Positions 38,223 to 47,903 of a stretch of DNA of 64,000 nucleotides are shown piece after piece. The notes below the pieces were generated by a model, which did not search any database, had not been told where the DNA came from, and worked only from the letters and a program-made list of their open reading frames with translations. The position numbers were made by a program, and so were the translations under genes. Origin of the DNA: a virus; IMG/VR virus record IMGVR_UViG_3300009165_000006; one strand, 5' to 3'. Numbering within the stretch: the stretch's first letter is position 1; each line of letters begins with the position of its first letter.

Positions 38223-38792
38223 TCAGATCACCGGGCTACGCTTGTAGCGGCTTGGGATGGTCGTTCGGTCTTTTTTCATGGGCTCCTTCTTCCTCGAAGA
38301 TGAAGGTTCCGGTTCAGACCGTCCTCGCACCCGTTCGACAACAACCTCAAGCCTCTCTCTGATAGGCTCCGTCAGGATGGCGTCAATCAGAGTTCTTCGC
38401 TGAGGGAGATTCAATTCAGTGAGTTCTGTGCGAACCGGCATGAGCCCGACGGACTCTGGCTCAGAATTGAAATAGATATGACCTATGGCGGGGCGAATCC
38501 TTTCCCAGGGCGTCTCTTCAATTAGGTTCTGATTCCTCCTTACTACGACCTGAATGTCATTAGGATTGAATACGACGATCCCACTCTCTATTTGGTTTCG
38601 AAGGCTATTCCAGAAGGTGGCACCCAACTCGCGAGCCAGGTCGAACGGATCCTCGAGTTCACCAGCGCTCCAGGATCGCATAACCTCATCGGTCATTGTG
38701 AATTCAGAGGAGGCTAGGTCCCCACCTTCCCCAATGACTCGAACAAGAACCTGTACCGTTGGCATAATCTTAATGAAGCTTACTTCAATCAA
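38223..38792 (-). CDS. hypothetical protein (189 aa)
   Basis: ORF track. Confidence 0.4.
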   Translation of the reverse strand: MIEVSFIKIMPTVQVLVRVIGEGGDLASSEFTMTDEVMRSWSAGELEDPFDLARELGATFWNSLRNQIESGIVVFNPNDIQVVVRRNQNLIEETPWERIRPAIGHIYFNSEPESVGLMPVRTELTELNLPQRRTLIDAILTEPIRERLEVVVERVRGRSEPEPSSSRKKEPMKKDRTTIPSRYKRSPVI

Positions 38793-39266
38793 CTTCCGGT
38801 GTAAAGACCTTCATGGATAGGCTGAGCTGATCGAGTATCGATCTATACGACGATAGACGAGTAGCGGTTCATCGATTGGGGGATGGTGTTCAGTGACCGG
38901 CATCCAGCCTTTTCTTTCGGGTTCAGGCTTCTCTTTCATGGGGGATCCTCCGGTGGCAGGGATACACCGGTTGACTTTTGGAGGTGATCCCCGGATAATG
39001 GGGGTCATTATGGTCACCATTACGAAAGAACACCTTGAGAATTGGAAGACTTCCGGCTTTATCCTAAGTGAACTTTTCCCGATGGGAGTGATGGGAGTGT
39101 TTGATGCTCCGATTTCTTCTGAAATCAAGGTTCGGATTCTCCTACGGGAGGAGATTCTTGGTAGCAGGGGTTTGATCTATGTAACGGCGAGGGCGGTACG
39201 CTGAAGGGGGAGAGATCCCGAAGGAAGAGTTAGAGAAGGCTGCTGAGGCTGCTTCTATGGCAGCCG

Positions 39267-40016
39267 TTGAAGCTGTTAGGGGGAATGCTTGGGCTTCTTC
39301 TATTGACTGCTTGGGCTGCTTCTATGGCTGCTTGGGCTAATGCTAGAGTTACTTGGGATGCTACTAATGCCTGGAATAATGCTATCACTGCTGCCCGAGC
39401 CACTGCTTGGATGGATTTTTCTAGTGAGGAGGAAGAGAAAGAAGCCCAACTCACTGATTGCCGAGAGTGGTTGCTGAGGGTTCCTGTACCAACGAATAAT
39501 GGGGGTGATATGATAGCCAATAAGAAAGAGATCATTCCGATGGGGCTTATGGGATTGTTTGAAATCCCTATCTCCCCTATTAATACCCTATTGATACTCT
39601 TACACGAGGAGGTTCTTGGGAGGAGGGGAATGGTCTATGTGGCGGCGAAGGCTGCCCGTCGGGCCTGTACGAAGACAGAATTGTCTCATTCTGATAGCCT
39701 TCGAGCTCTAGATCTATGCGACCGATACGTTGAAGGGGAAGAGATCCCGAAAGAAGAGCTAGCGAGAGCTGCTAATGTGGCTGATGTGGCGGCTCTGTCT
39801 GCTTGTGATGCTACTTGGGGGGCGGCATGGGCTACTTGTAAGGCGGTAAGGGCTGCTAATGCCGCTTCGTCTTTGTCCCCTGTCAGGACTGATGCTTGGG
39901 CCGCTGTGGAGGCAGCTGCTGTTAGAGCCACTTCTAATGAGGAAGGAGAAAGGGAAGAGGAGAGAAAGTCCCAACTCGCTGATTGTCGAGAGTGGTTGCT
40001 GAAAGGGAACACATAA
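39267..40016 (+). CDS. paralog-family protein (tail of unit 1 fused in frame to unit 2)
   Basis: ORF track. Confidence 0.45.
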   Translation: MKLLGGMLGLLLLTAWAASMAAWANARVTWDATNAWNNAITAARATAWMDFSSEEEEKEAQLTDCREWLLRVPVPTNNGGDMIANKKEIIPMGLMGLFEIPISPINTLLILLHEEVLGRRGMVYVAAKAARRACTKTELSHSDSLRALDLCDRYVEGEEIPKEELARAANVADVAALSACDATWGAAWATCKAVRAANAASSLSPVRTDAWAAVEAAAVRATSNEEGEREEERKSQLADCREWLLKGNT

Positions 40017-40028
40017 GATGAGGTCGTT

Positions 40029-40565
40029 GTGATTACAATTACGAGTGAACTTCTCGAAAGTTGGGAGGTTTCCGACTTTATCCCAAAAGAACTACTTCCG
40101 ATGGAGGTGATGAGGTTGTTCGAAGCCCCGATTCCCTCTAGGGACAAGGTTCGGGTTCTTTTACGTGAGGAAGTTCTTGGGCGGAGGGGTTTGGTCTATG
40201 TAGCGGCCAGGGCGGCACGCCGAGCCCGTACAGTGACAGGTTGGTACCATTCTGATAGTCTTCGAGCTCTAGATCTATGTGATCGGTACGCTGCTGGAGA
40301 AGATATCCAGAAAGAAGAGTTAGAGAGAGCTATTAAGGCGGCTGAGGTGGCTTCTTCTGAAGCTGCTTCTTCTTGGGCTGCTAGGGCTGCTGCTAATGCT
40401 GCTAGAGCGATTGCTGTTCCTAGGGCTGCTTGGACTGCTACTTCTAATGAAGAGATAGAGAGAAGGTCCCAACTTACTGATTGCCGAGATTGGCTTCTAA
40501 GGGGAAACCCACAAGAAAGAGCCCCCATACTCACAAGGTATCAGCGGATAATGAGGTCCTTGTGA
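40029..40565 (+). CDS. paralog-family protein, unit 3 (GTG start)
   Basis: ORF track. Confidence 0.5.
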   Translation: MITITSELLESWEVSDFIPKELLPMEVMRLFEAPIPSRDKVRVLLREEVLGRRGLVYVAARAARRARTVTGWYHSDSLRALDLCDRYAAGEDIQKEELERAIKAAEVASSEAASSWAARAAANAARAIAVPRAAWTATSNEEIERRSQLTDCRDWLLRGNPQERAPILTRYQRIMRSL

Positions 40566-41185
40566 TAACCATTACGAGTGAACTCCTTGAGAGGTGGGAA
40601 AATTCTGACCTTATCCCGAACGAACAACTCCCGATGGGGGTGATGGATGTGTTCGGAGCATCGATCCCCTCTAAGAACAAGGTTCGGCTTCTCCTACACG
40701 AGGAGGTTCTTGGGAGGAGGGGAATGGTCTATGTGGCGGCTCGGGCTGCGCGCCGGGCCTGTACGAAGACAGAAGGGTCTCATCCTGGTAGCCTTCAAGC
40801 CTTAGATCTATGCGACCGATACGCTGAGGGGGAAGAGATCCCGAAAGAAGAGCTAGAGAGCGCTTCTAATGCGGCTGACGAAGCGGCTAGGGTTGTTTCT
40901 GAGGCTGCTTCTACTTGAGCTGCTTTTGACGCTTCTGTTTCTGATGTTAGAGATGTTTGGCCAGCGAGAGCTGCTGCTTTTGCTGCTGGAGCTGCTTTGG
41001 GTACTTGGACTGTTTCTGATGCTTGGGATGCTACTACTTGGGCTTGGGATACTACTGATGGGGTTAGTGATGAAGAAAGAAACTCCCAACTCGCCGATTG
41101 CCGCGAGTGGTTGCTGAGGAATTCCCCACAAGAAAAGGCTCCAGTACTTACTCGGTACCAACGGATAATGAGGTCGCTATCCTAA
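40562..41185 (+). pseudogene. paralog-family unit 4 with in-frame TGA at 40916-40918 where the unit-3 paralog has TGG (Trp)
   Basis: GTG 40562 overlaps the unit-3 stop (GTGA). Track ORFs 40481-40918 and 40997-41185 are in the same frame, separated by the TGA. Confidence 0.45.
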
Positions 41186-41353
41186 CCGTAGGACGGGAGC
41201 ACCTTCAAGGCCAGACTCGAGCTAGTCCAGCCCAGATCAGGTTCAGTAGAGTGACCACAATGAGGCACTCAATAGCCGCTTCTTTCGGGAACTTGAGGAC
41301 GGCACAGGTCATCAAGCAGATGACCCAGGAGGTGAGGATCCTCGTGACCACGG

Positions 41354-41650
41354 TCATCCTACGAGTCTGAAGGTCTTCCAGCACCTGACGCAACCGTTGC
41401 TCTCAACGTCATCAAGCTGGTCGAGGGCATTGACCTCAACCTGGACGGCTCGGCCCAGGATAAGTTGCACGACGGATTGGACCTCAAGGATTGAGAGGTC
41501 TTGGTAGCTCGTAAGAGGCGTTCCTACCTTGACGAGGTCAGCCACGACCTCTACGCGAGTGATGTGCCAGCCCAGAGTTGGATCGTTCGGGAGCGTGTAC
41601 TGCACCCTCGCACGTTGGAAACCCTCCATCCTGACGACCTCGATGGTCAT
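41354..41650 (-). CDS. hypothetical protein (98 aa), preceded by a 14-codon mini-ORF that follows the promoter-like motif
   Basis: ORF track; the mini-ORF (ATG at 41691) ends in an ATGA overlap with this gene's start. Confidence 0.35.
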   Translation of the reverse strand: MTIEVVRMEGFQRARVQYTLPNDPTLGWHITRVEVVADLVKVGTPLTSYQDLSILEVQSVVQLILGRAVQVEVNALDQLDDVESNGCVRCWKTFRLVG

Positions 41651-41691
41651 GGGGACTCACCTATCAGGATGAGAGAGTACGTCTTTGTCAT

Positions 41692-41725
41692 ACTGGGTAT
41701 TACGCGGCAGGCTTGGATTTCTCAA
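41692..41725 (-). promoter_or_regulatory. promoter-like element TTGAG-N14-CGCGTAATA-N6-ATG (minus strand)
   Basis: Plus strand reads cat-actggg-tattacgcg-N14-ctcaa. Confidence 0.45.
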
Positions 41726-42160
41726 CCACTCTCTTGGGCACCTTGGGGGCGTTCGCGAGCCAAGCCTCAACCTTAATCCGGAAGTCAATCCAAGCCTCAG
41801 TGTTACCCAGAGTCCAATTCTCGGTAGCGTGGTCAATGGTGCGTGCCATATGGATCAGGTCGATGACCGTTGGAAGGAGGAGCTTTCTATTGAGCTTGGC
41901 TGAGATCTCCTCAGCGGGCTTCAATCGTTTTAGGCGTTTCATTCGTTACTTTTTCAGTAGCTCGGGGGGAATGTTCTCGCAGGAGACTTGGAAGGCCGAT
42001 TGATTCCATAGGCCCATGCAAATCTTTGGGGCTCGCGGATCTCGAAAGTACGTGGGTTGATTCCAAGTCGTTCTCTGCCGGTGCCCAACCCAAAGAAGCA
42101 ACGAAGTTGACCACAAGATCGCTGCTACGACCAGAGCTATGCAACCTATCTGCTTGGAAC

Positions 42161-42736
42161 TTAGAGCCATTGGTTTACCTCAGGATCCCAGTACTTCTTC
42201 GACACTGGGCATACTTTGGACACTAGCTGACGCATCTTGGTGTGGTCAACTTTATTCAGCGTTTCGATCCCTATGCAAAGAGCCGCAGTCATCACTCGAC
42301 GATGGCTGACGGCCCCAAAGGTCTGCCTCCACACGTAGTCAACCCCCTCGAGCAACCCCTGCGTGGAAGTACACTCGAGCACCAGGACGAAGTTGGAACA
42401 GATTCGACCCCTCACCTTTCGGGGCGCCCACTTCTCGATTAGCTGCTTAAGTGTACTCTGGGGCTTCCTCTTGAGTATTTGAATGCCTATAACTATCGCG
42501 GTTTTAGCCAACCTGTGTTTGGTAACGGTGCATTTGATTCTACCCTCACCCTTGTCCTTAGTTGAGGCCAAAAGTGCCATCATGATCTCAGCACTCTCTG
42601 GACTACCAACCAAGTTGAGTACCGAATTGCGACGAATTGCCAAAAGAAACCCCTCGAGATGCCAAATCCCCGAAGCAACGTAGGTTATGGCATTTGACTG
42701 TGCGAGAGGGTACACGAGCTTTTTGGCCCATGACAA
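42161..42736 (-). CDS. hypothetical protein (191 aa)
   Basis: ORF track. Confidence 0.35.
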   Translation of the reverse strand: MSWAKKLVYPLAQSNAITYVASGIWHLEGFLLAIRRNSVLNLVGSPESAEIMMALLASTKDKGEGRIKCTVTKHRLAKTAIVIGIQILKRKPQSTLKQLIEKWAPRKVRGRICSNFVLVLECTSTQGLLEGVDYVWRQTFGAVSHRRVMTAALCIGIETLNKVDHTKMRQLVSKVCPVSKKYWDPEVNQWL

Positions 42737-43265
42737 GGAAGAAATGCTAAAAAGAACGTGGATTTATCGGCGGTGCTGGGTCAAGCAGAATGAGGTGGTT
42801 GAGTTTTTAGGGGCTTTCAGCTACGAGGCTCGATTACTGCTCGAAAAACTCGTTACAATCGTTCGTTGTGCGTCCCGGATTAGGGACTTCGTTCCGACGA
42901 GGACCCGCAAGATGGGTTGTCTACCGGGCCGGTAAAAGGGCCAGGGTCACTTTTGGCATGATCTTGATGGTTTACCCCAATCAACTTCCGGTGTAAAGAC
43001 CCACATGGATAAGGCTGAGCTGATCGCAAGCTACAAGTTCGAGAAGGGTCGTCAAGTCATGGTTGAGAAGGCCCAAGAGATTCAGAAGCGAAAGCTCTCT
43101 AGTATCTGCAAAGAACTACTCGAGAAATACGGCAAAGGTCCACATGACCTTGGAGATGGGAACTCCGAAGGGTACAACATCATCCAAAAAGGCGATACTT
43201 GTTACTTGAGTCAAGTTCGAGCCAAGAAGGCTGCTTCCGGTTGAATCCTATGACCCAGGCTGGCG

Positions 43266-43637
43266 TTATGGTTTCCAACCAGCAGGTGGTTGGAAACCAG
43301 CATCCTTAGCTTTCACGGCCCAATCAGGCCATGGACGTTCAACTCCCAGCAATGCAACGTTGGCAGCATCTAGCGCTTGCTGAGCGCGTTTCTTCGAGTT
43401 GAACTCGAAGACATCCTCTTTCGGGTCAATCGCGTAGGACCTAACAGCCTTCTGTGCTATCGTGAAATCGCGATCGTAGGTTTTAAAATCCCCCAAGGGG
43501 GCATCGGCCGGATCCGATCCTTCCTCTGCTTGAGGATAGTACCATCCGATGGCATATGCATGCCTCGTTTCAAAGAGAGCAAGAACCGCGCCATCCGAGG
43601 TGGTGTACTTTGGTTGCTTAGTAGCTTGCTTTGGCAT
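43266..43637 (-). CDS. hypothetical protein (123 aa)
   Basis: ORF track; promoter-like motif upstream. Confidence 0.45.
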   Translation of the reverse strand: MPKQATKQPKYTTSDGAVLALFETRHAYAIGWYYPQAEEGSDPADAPLGDFKTYDRDFTIAQKAVRSYAIDPKEDVFEFNSKKRAQQALDAANVALLGVERPWPDWAVKAKDAGFQPPAGWKP

Positions 43638-43677
43638 ATGACGAAACCCTATTACGCACGAGATCTGGGGAACTCAA
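43638..43677 (-). promoter_or_regulatory. promoter-like element TTGAG-N14-TGCGTAATA-N12-ATG (minus strand)
   Basis: Plus strand reads cat-N12-tattacgca-N14-ctcaa. Confidence 0.45.
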
Positions 43678-43764
43678 TGAGAAAGTATACCGTTTAGCAA
43701 TGCCTACCGCTGCTTGGAGCTGGGGGCTGAACATCGTGGGATCGCTCGGTTTGGTAGGGGCTAA

Positions 43765-44484
43765 TCATCGCTCACTGCGTTGTATTAGCGGGCGAGAGCT
43801 CTCATTCCACAAGCCATCCAACCTTTGGATCTCTCGCCTGATAAGGGATACATTCTCATCGATCTCGGGCTTCAAGTACTTGAGGTACACTTCGCGTCTC
43901 TTACTGAGCCAGACCTCTTGGGCATCCTCATCATCCATGGGCCTCTTCCCGAAGGCACTCACCTCTTCTAGGATCTTGTCCCGATCAGGACCATACACCC
44001 AAAACAAAACATCCCCTTGATGGTCCACAGAGGAAGGGCCGATTCGAACACCCCATGGATCCACAGCCCAATGACGACGTCTCTTACTGAGGGACGCCTC
44101 CTGTTCTTCAGTGACTACTAGTACAGGAATGTTGTGAGCATCACAGTCATAGTTGTAGTAGGGGACCGCCTCTTGAAAGAGAACCAACTCTGAGCTGATA
44201 TCAGTTGACATCCTACTCTCTCGGTCCCCAACCTTAATCGCAATCCAACGAGTAACACTGTAGATGTAGTCTCGTTCGAATCCGAACATCCCCGATTGGT
44301 AATCAAATCCAATGGAAGTCGGACGTTTGAAGATGTCGTCGGTGGGGGGACTTGCCGATCCGTGCCATTCGTCAGGATTCTTTCCTGACACCTTGTCCCA
44401 AGACAAGAAGTTCTCCTCCATGAAACAGAAGAACTTCATCCTGAGTTTCTTATCCCCAATTGGAACGGATATTGAATAACCCAT
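43765..44484 (-). CDS. hypothetical protein (239 aa)
   Basis: ORF track. Confidence 0.4.
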   Translation of the reverse strand: MGYSISVPIGDKKLRMKFFCFMEENFLSWDKVSGKNPDEWHGSASPPTDDIFKRPTSIGFDYQSGMFGFERDYIYSVTRWIAIKVGDRESRMSTDISSELVLFQEAVPYYNYDCDAHNIPVLVVTEEQEASLSKRRRHWAVDPWGVRIGPSSVDHQGDVLFWVYGPDRDKILEEVSAFGKRPMDDEDAQEVWLSKRREVYLKYLKPEIDENVSLIRREIQRLDGLWNESSRPLIQRSER

Positions 44485-44788
44485 CGAGGCAACTACACCA
44501 GGCTTTGGTGACTCCCCTTAGGATCGTAATGGTAGCCCACTTGTACCCCTATGTTATCTACCTCTTGACCAAGATAGTAAGACAGAGTACACCTACCTAC
44601 ATGGAATCAGACCAAGCAATCCACTACCTTCTCCATACCTTGTGGACGAAGGCCGTAGGGACTGAGAACTACGACAAATCCGAGTGGAAACGCATGAGCG
44701 CCTTTATCTACGCTCACTTGGACAGAAACAAGATCTACACAAGAAGTCCCCGAAACGATCAACAAGAGGTCGAGCGAAAGCCCGTGAT

Positions 44789-45244
44789 CTAAGAGATGGG
44801 CTTGGTGTGAGTGTACCTGGGTTCAACTTCTTTGACCACCTTGTTCAAAAAGTCAGCCAAATGCTTTGCTACCTGAGCCGGAGTACCAGTTTTCCCTCGG
44901 AGTCGATACTCTCGGGGCATAGCCGATAACCTATGCTCGACCTGGACCTTACCTGTTGGTGGGGGGCTGTGTGGAGTCTCCTTTCCGAAGCCTTTGATCG
45001 AGAAGGCCATGCGGTTGTTCTCGGCTTCTGCTCCTCCGCCGGCACTCCCCACACCTTTGGGCAGATTGATGAAATTGACAAACACCGTGTCGTATCGGAC
45101 TCCAGCGAGTTTACTCACGTTGTCGAATTTAATCTGGCGGCCCTGAAGATTGAGATGGGACTCAACCATCTTGATGAACTCTTCGGATCCTCCACTCTCA
45201 GCAGCGAATCTTGTGGCAACTCTCTTGGTTAGATCTTGGGTCAT
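44789..45244 (-). CDS. hypothetical protein (151 aa)
   Basis: ORF track. Confidence 0.35.
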   Translation of the reverse strand: MTQDLTKRVATRFAAESGGSEEFIKMVESHLNLQGRQIKFDNVSKLAGVRYDTVFVNFINLPKGVGSAGGGAEAENNRMAFSIKGFGKETPHSPPPTGKVQVEHRLSAMPREYRLRGKTGTPAQVAKHLADFLNKVVKEVEPRYTHTKPIS

Positions 45245-45398
45245 ACCCTTGAACCTCGATAAGAACTATCGCACGCCTTGACTCCAGTGACGAACTGTGA
45301 ACCGCTTCAACCACTCTTACGCGCGAGCTTGTCTGAATCTCAACTAAATTGAGTATAGCCTTCCAAAAGACCGTTCTGTGAAACTTATTCAAAGTTGC

Positions 45399-46643
45399 TC
45401 ATAGGAGAACTCCGATGTTCACTTCCTGCTTCAACGAGACATGACTCGTAGGCCGAAGGGTTCTCCTTCGTTCCGCCGCTAGAGGACTCTCCACAGGCTT
45501 TTTAGCGCCGAAGGCGCCTAGGTTCCTCGGGAACTCCGAGTACCTTTCCAAATTCTTCGCCGCATTCTCATCTCGATCATGAATAGCTCCACATCCTTCA
45601 CAAACCCACTCTCTCACAGAAAGAGCCAGCTGCGGCCGTTTAAGGCCGCAGCTGGTACATATCTTCGAGGATGGGAACCATCGATCAGCTACTTCTAGCT
45701 TAGATCCATACCAAGTGGTCTTGTAGGAAAGTAGCCTCTTACTTTCAAACCACCCTTGGTCCAAGATCGACCGAGAAAGGTGAGGATTCTTACTCATTCC
45801 ACGAATACCAAGGTCTTCCACAACGATGGCTGACTTGGTTTTCGCCAGCCCCGTTGTGAACTTATGAAGGAAATCCCTTCGAACGTTTGCTACTCGTGAG
45901 TGAATCCTCGCTAATCTTTGAGCTGATTTCCTCCTATTTGACGAACCCTTACGCTTCCTCGAATGAGAGCGTTGAGCCCTTCTTAACCGACTTAACGCTT
46001 GTTTCAATGGATTCGGGGCATGTATCTTCGTACAGGCCCCGTCCGAAGAGACCGTAGCGAAAGTAAGAATCCCTAGATCTACCCCAGCTTTTGGTCCTTG
46101 GATAGGAATAGGATCCGTCACGACCTCAACGGTATTGACGGATACGAACCATCGATCTGCTACCCTCGAAATCGTAGCTGAAAGGATCTCCCCACTAATC
46201 CTGCCGTTGATCTTCTCTTTGGTTCGAATAGTCCCAAGCCTAGGGAGCTTAATATACCTAGTTTGTGGCTCAATTGAACCATAGAGACGGAAGGAATCCT
46301 TTGATTTATGCTTCTTTTTGAACTTTGGGAAGCCAACTCCTTCTGATCTTCTGGACCAGAAAGCTTTGAAAGCTTTGTCAAGATCACGAAGAGCTTCCTG
46401 AGGGGCACACTTGGAAACCTCGTACATCCAAGGGAAGTCAGGGCCCTTGCGGGCGTTGAGGTCCCGATGTTCAGCGATGGCGTTGGTGAACTTCTCCTTA
46501 CCTTCTTGGGTTCGGAAGCGTTCGATCCTCCTTTGGAGGGACCAATTCCAAGCGAAGCGAGCCGTTCCGGCATGCTTCGCCAAGAACGTCCGAACCCGAT
46601 TGTTCGGATCTAACTCGAACTTATACGCCTTCCGAAGTTCCAT
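45399..46643 (-). CDS. tnpB: TnpB (IS605 OrfB-family RNA-guided RuvC nuclease)
   Basis: N-terminal MELRKAYKFELDPNNRVRTFLAKHAGTARFAWN (OrfB HTH), RuvC-I KAGVDLGI, RuvC-II AIVVEDLGIRGM, zinc finger CTSCG...CEGCG, RuvC-III IHDRDENAAKNL. 414 aa. Confidence 0.9.
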   Translation of the reverse strand: MELRKAYKFELDPNNRVRTFLAKHAGTARFAWNWSLQRRIERFRTQEGKEKFTNAIAEHRDLNARKGPDFPWMYEVSKCAPQEALRDLDKAFKAFWSRRSEGVGFPKFKKKHKSKDSFRLYGSIEPQTRYIKLPRLGTIRTKEKINGRISGEILSATISRVADRWFVSVNTVEVVTDPIPIQGPKAGVDLGILTFATVSSDGACTKIHAPNPLKQALSRLRRAQRSHSRKRKGSSNRRKSAQRLARIHSRVANVRRDFLHKFTTGLAKTKSAIVVEDLGIRGMSKNPHLSRSILDQGWFESKRLLSYKTTWYGSKLEVADRWFPSSKICTSCGLKRPQLALSVREWVCEGCGAIHDRDENAAKNLERYSEFPRNLGAFGAKKPVESPLAAERRRTLRPTSHVSLKQEVNIGVLL

Positions 46644-46706
46644 GAAGAATGGGTATCTTACACCAAGTTCAGAAAAAGTTATCGAAATTCAAGTTTGAAT
46701 AGGGTC

Positions 46707-46748
46707 GATCAACTTTGATCAGGTTTGGAGTCAACTGCTGCGACCCTC
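46707..46748. repeat. second copy of the ~45-nt element (upstream of tnpB)
   Basis: See 20596-20640. Confidence 0.6.
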
Positions 46749-46842
46749 GGAGGAGCCCCCAGCTCCTCCAGCTCCATTTGCTCGATAGGTTTTTCAGGAT
46801 CCCGCCTCCAAACTACATGGAATCGGAGGCTAGGAGTCAGAC

Positions 46843-47340
46843 CTAGGTCCGAGCAGCCAAAGCCCGAGCGATAAACCGTCGAGCCTCGGGGTCCGAGGGA
46901 TCGAAGGCAATCGAGGCGCGTCCGGTGATTGGCACCGGGGGTTGTACGGATTTTGAACCGCCATCAATAGCAGGCTTCTTGGCGGACTTCCCCTCCGCCT
47001 TCTTGTCAGCACTCCGGAGAGTGTAAATCGTATTCGGGGTAATTACGGCTCCAAGTGCAGCTGCCTTCTCGACGATCTGCGCAGCCGAGAGCTTGGGATA
47101 CTTTCGAATAAACGCAGACTTATTGAGGGGGTTCCCCTCAACTTTCTTGGCAGCCTTGGCGGTCTTCTTGGCAGCCTTGCCAACCTTCCCCTCCGCCTTG
47201 CGCTTGTCCGCACTTCGGAGAGTCCAGATCGTTCCTGGACTTATTTCTTCCCCCAGTTTAGCCGCTTCCTCGACGACTTCTGCAGGCTTGAGGTTGGGAA
47301 ACCTGCGGATGAACTCTGATTTGTTGAATCTTTCTCCCAT
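46843..47340 (-). CDS. putative DNA-binding protein with two HeH/SAP-like repeats separated by Lys/Ala-rich histone-H1-like linkers
   Basis: Internal duplication FNKSEFIRRFPNLKPAEVVEEAAKLGEEISPGTIWTLRSADKRKAEGK / LNKSAFIRKYPKLSAAQIVEKAAALGAVITPNTIYTLRSADKKAEGK; KAAKKTAKAAKK linker. Confidence 0.4.
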   Translation of the reverse strand: MGERFNKSEFIRRFPNLKPAEVVEEAAKLGEEISPGTIWTLRSADKRKAEGKVGKAAKKTAKAAKKVEGNPLNKSAFIRKYPKLSAAQIVEKAAALGAVITPNTIYTLRSADKKAEGKSAKKPAIDGGSKSVQPPVPITGRASIAFDPSDPEARRFIARALAART

Positions 47341-47840
47341 GTGCTTATTACTTTCTAGCCATTTAGGCTGTGGCCATCAATAGTGGATCAAAGTAGATCG
47401 AGGTACAACCTGAAAAGTACGTGCAGAGCTTGACTATCGTCAAAACCTGTAACTTCAGCCATAAGGCCCGTGAGGGATCTGTATATAAAATGAGGCATTT
47501 CGACCAAGGTAGTAGATGATAACTGTATGATAGAGCTAAGAAATGAAGCTAGTAAGGCGGACTTAAGGGTAGTTCGTTGGGGCCTACTGACTGAGAATCC
47601 TTGGACTCGGCGATGCTAGTGCGTCTAATCTCGGAAGAATTGGGTTTCAAGCGACGGCAGAGTACCTACGCAGTCAAAGCAATCGAGGGCTTCGAGACGG
47701 GCAAGCGAATACGCTCCCCCAAGGATGATTGGAGTCCATTGGTTCTAGGACTAACTTGGCCAAGCACACCTACCGCAATGAACTCACCCTGTCAGACACC
47801 AAGCGTGGTTTGCGGGTCTTGCCGATGCCACGACAGCCTA

Positions 47841-47901
47841 AAAAAGCAAAAAGCCCATCCAGCTCCGCTCTGTGGGACTGGATGGGCTTTTTGCTTTTTT
47901 T
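47841..47901. terminator. strong bidirectional rho-independent terminator
   Basis: Perfect 22-bp stem AAAAAGCAAAAAGCCCATCCAG / CTGGATGGGCTTTTTGCTTTTT around a 15-nt loop, flanked by A and T runs. Lies at the 3' end of the 47904-48968 gene. Confidence 0.8.
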
Positions 47902-47903
47902 GG

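Larger units (their letters stand above)
38893..41185 (+). repeat. tandem array of four ~540-bp paralogous coding units (Ala-rich protein family)
   Basis: Each unit encodes a conserved block ITITSELLE.WE.SD.IP.E.LPM.VM..F.APIPS..KVR.LLREEVLGRRG.VYVAA.AARRA...T..HSDSLRALDLCDRY..GE.I.KEEL followed by an Ala/Ser/Trp-rich variable block ending in SQL.DCREWLL. Units 3 and 4 also end in TRYQRIMRSL. Units 1 and 2 are fused in frame. Confidence 0.8.
45245..46760 (-). mobile_element. IS200/IS605-family (IS1341-type, tnpB-only) insertion sequence; approximate boundaries
   Basis: Contains a canonical tnpB. 154 nt downstream of the tnpB stop are available for an omega-RNA/right end. Upstream of the start is a structured region (IR AGGGTCG...CGACCCT, GATCAA/TTGATC hairpin) shared with a second locus at 20.6 kb. 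Confidence 0.5.

Noticed and set aside
40916-40918. TGA recoding (genetic code 4 or 25) suggested by the TGG/TGA paralog difference
   Set aside because: Numerous well-supported genes in the window terminate at TGA, including ATGA and GTGA operon junctions. A simple nonsense mutation or pseudogene is more likely.
39230-41161. Minus-strand ORFs 39230-39535, 39686-40147, 40196-40534 and 40853-41161, and plus-strand ORF 40869-41117
   Set aside because: They are alternative-frame readings of the Ala/Ser-rich tandem paralog region, which is GCN-codon rich and so open in many frames. The sense-strand family conservation supports the plus-strand frames listed instead.
47341-47354. AAGTAATA-N5-ATG upstream of the HeH-repeat gene as another promoter-motif instance
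   Set aside because: The GCG core is replaced, spacing differs, and there is no TTGAR at the expected distance. Too divergent to count.
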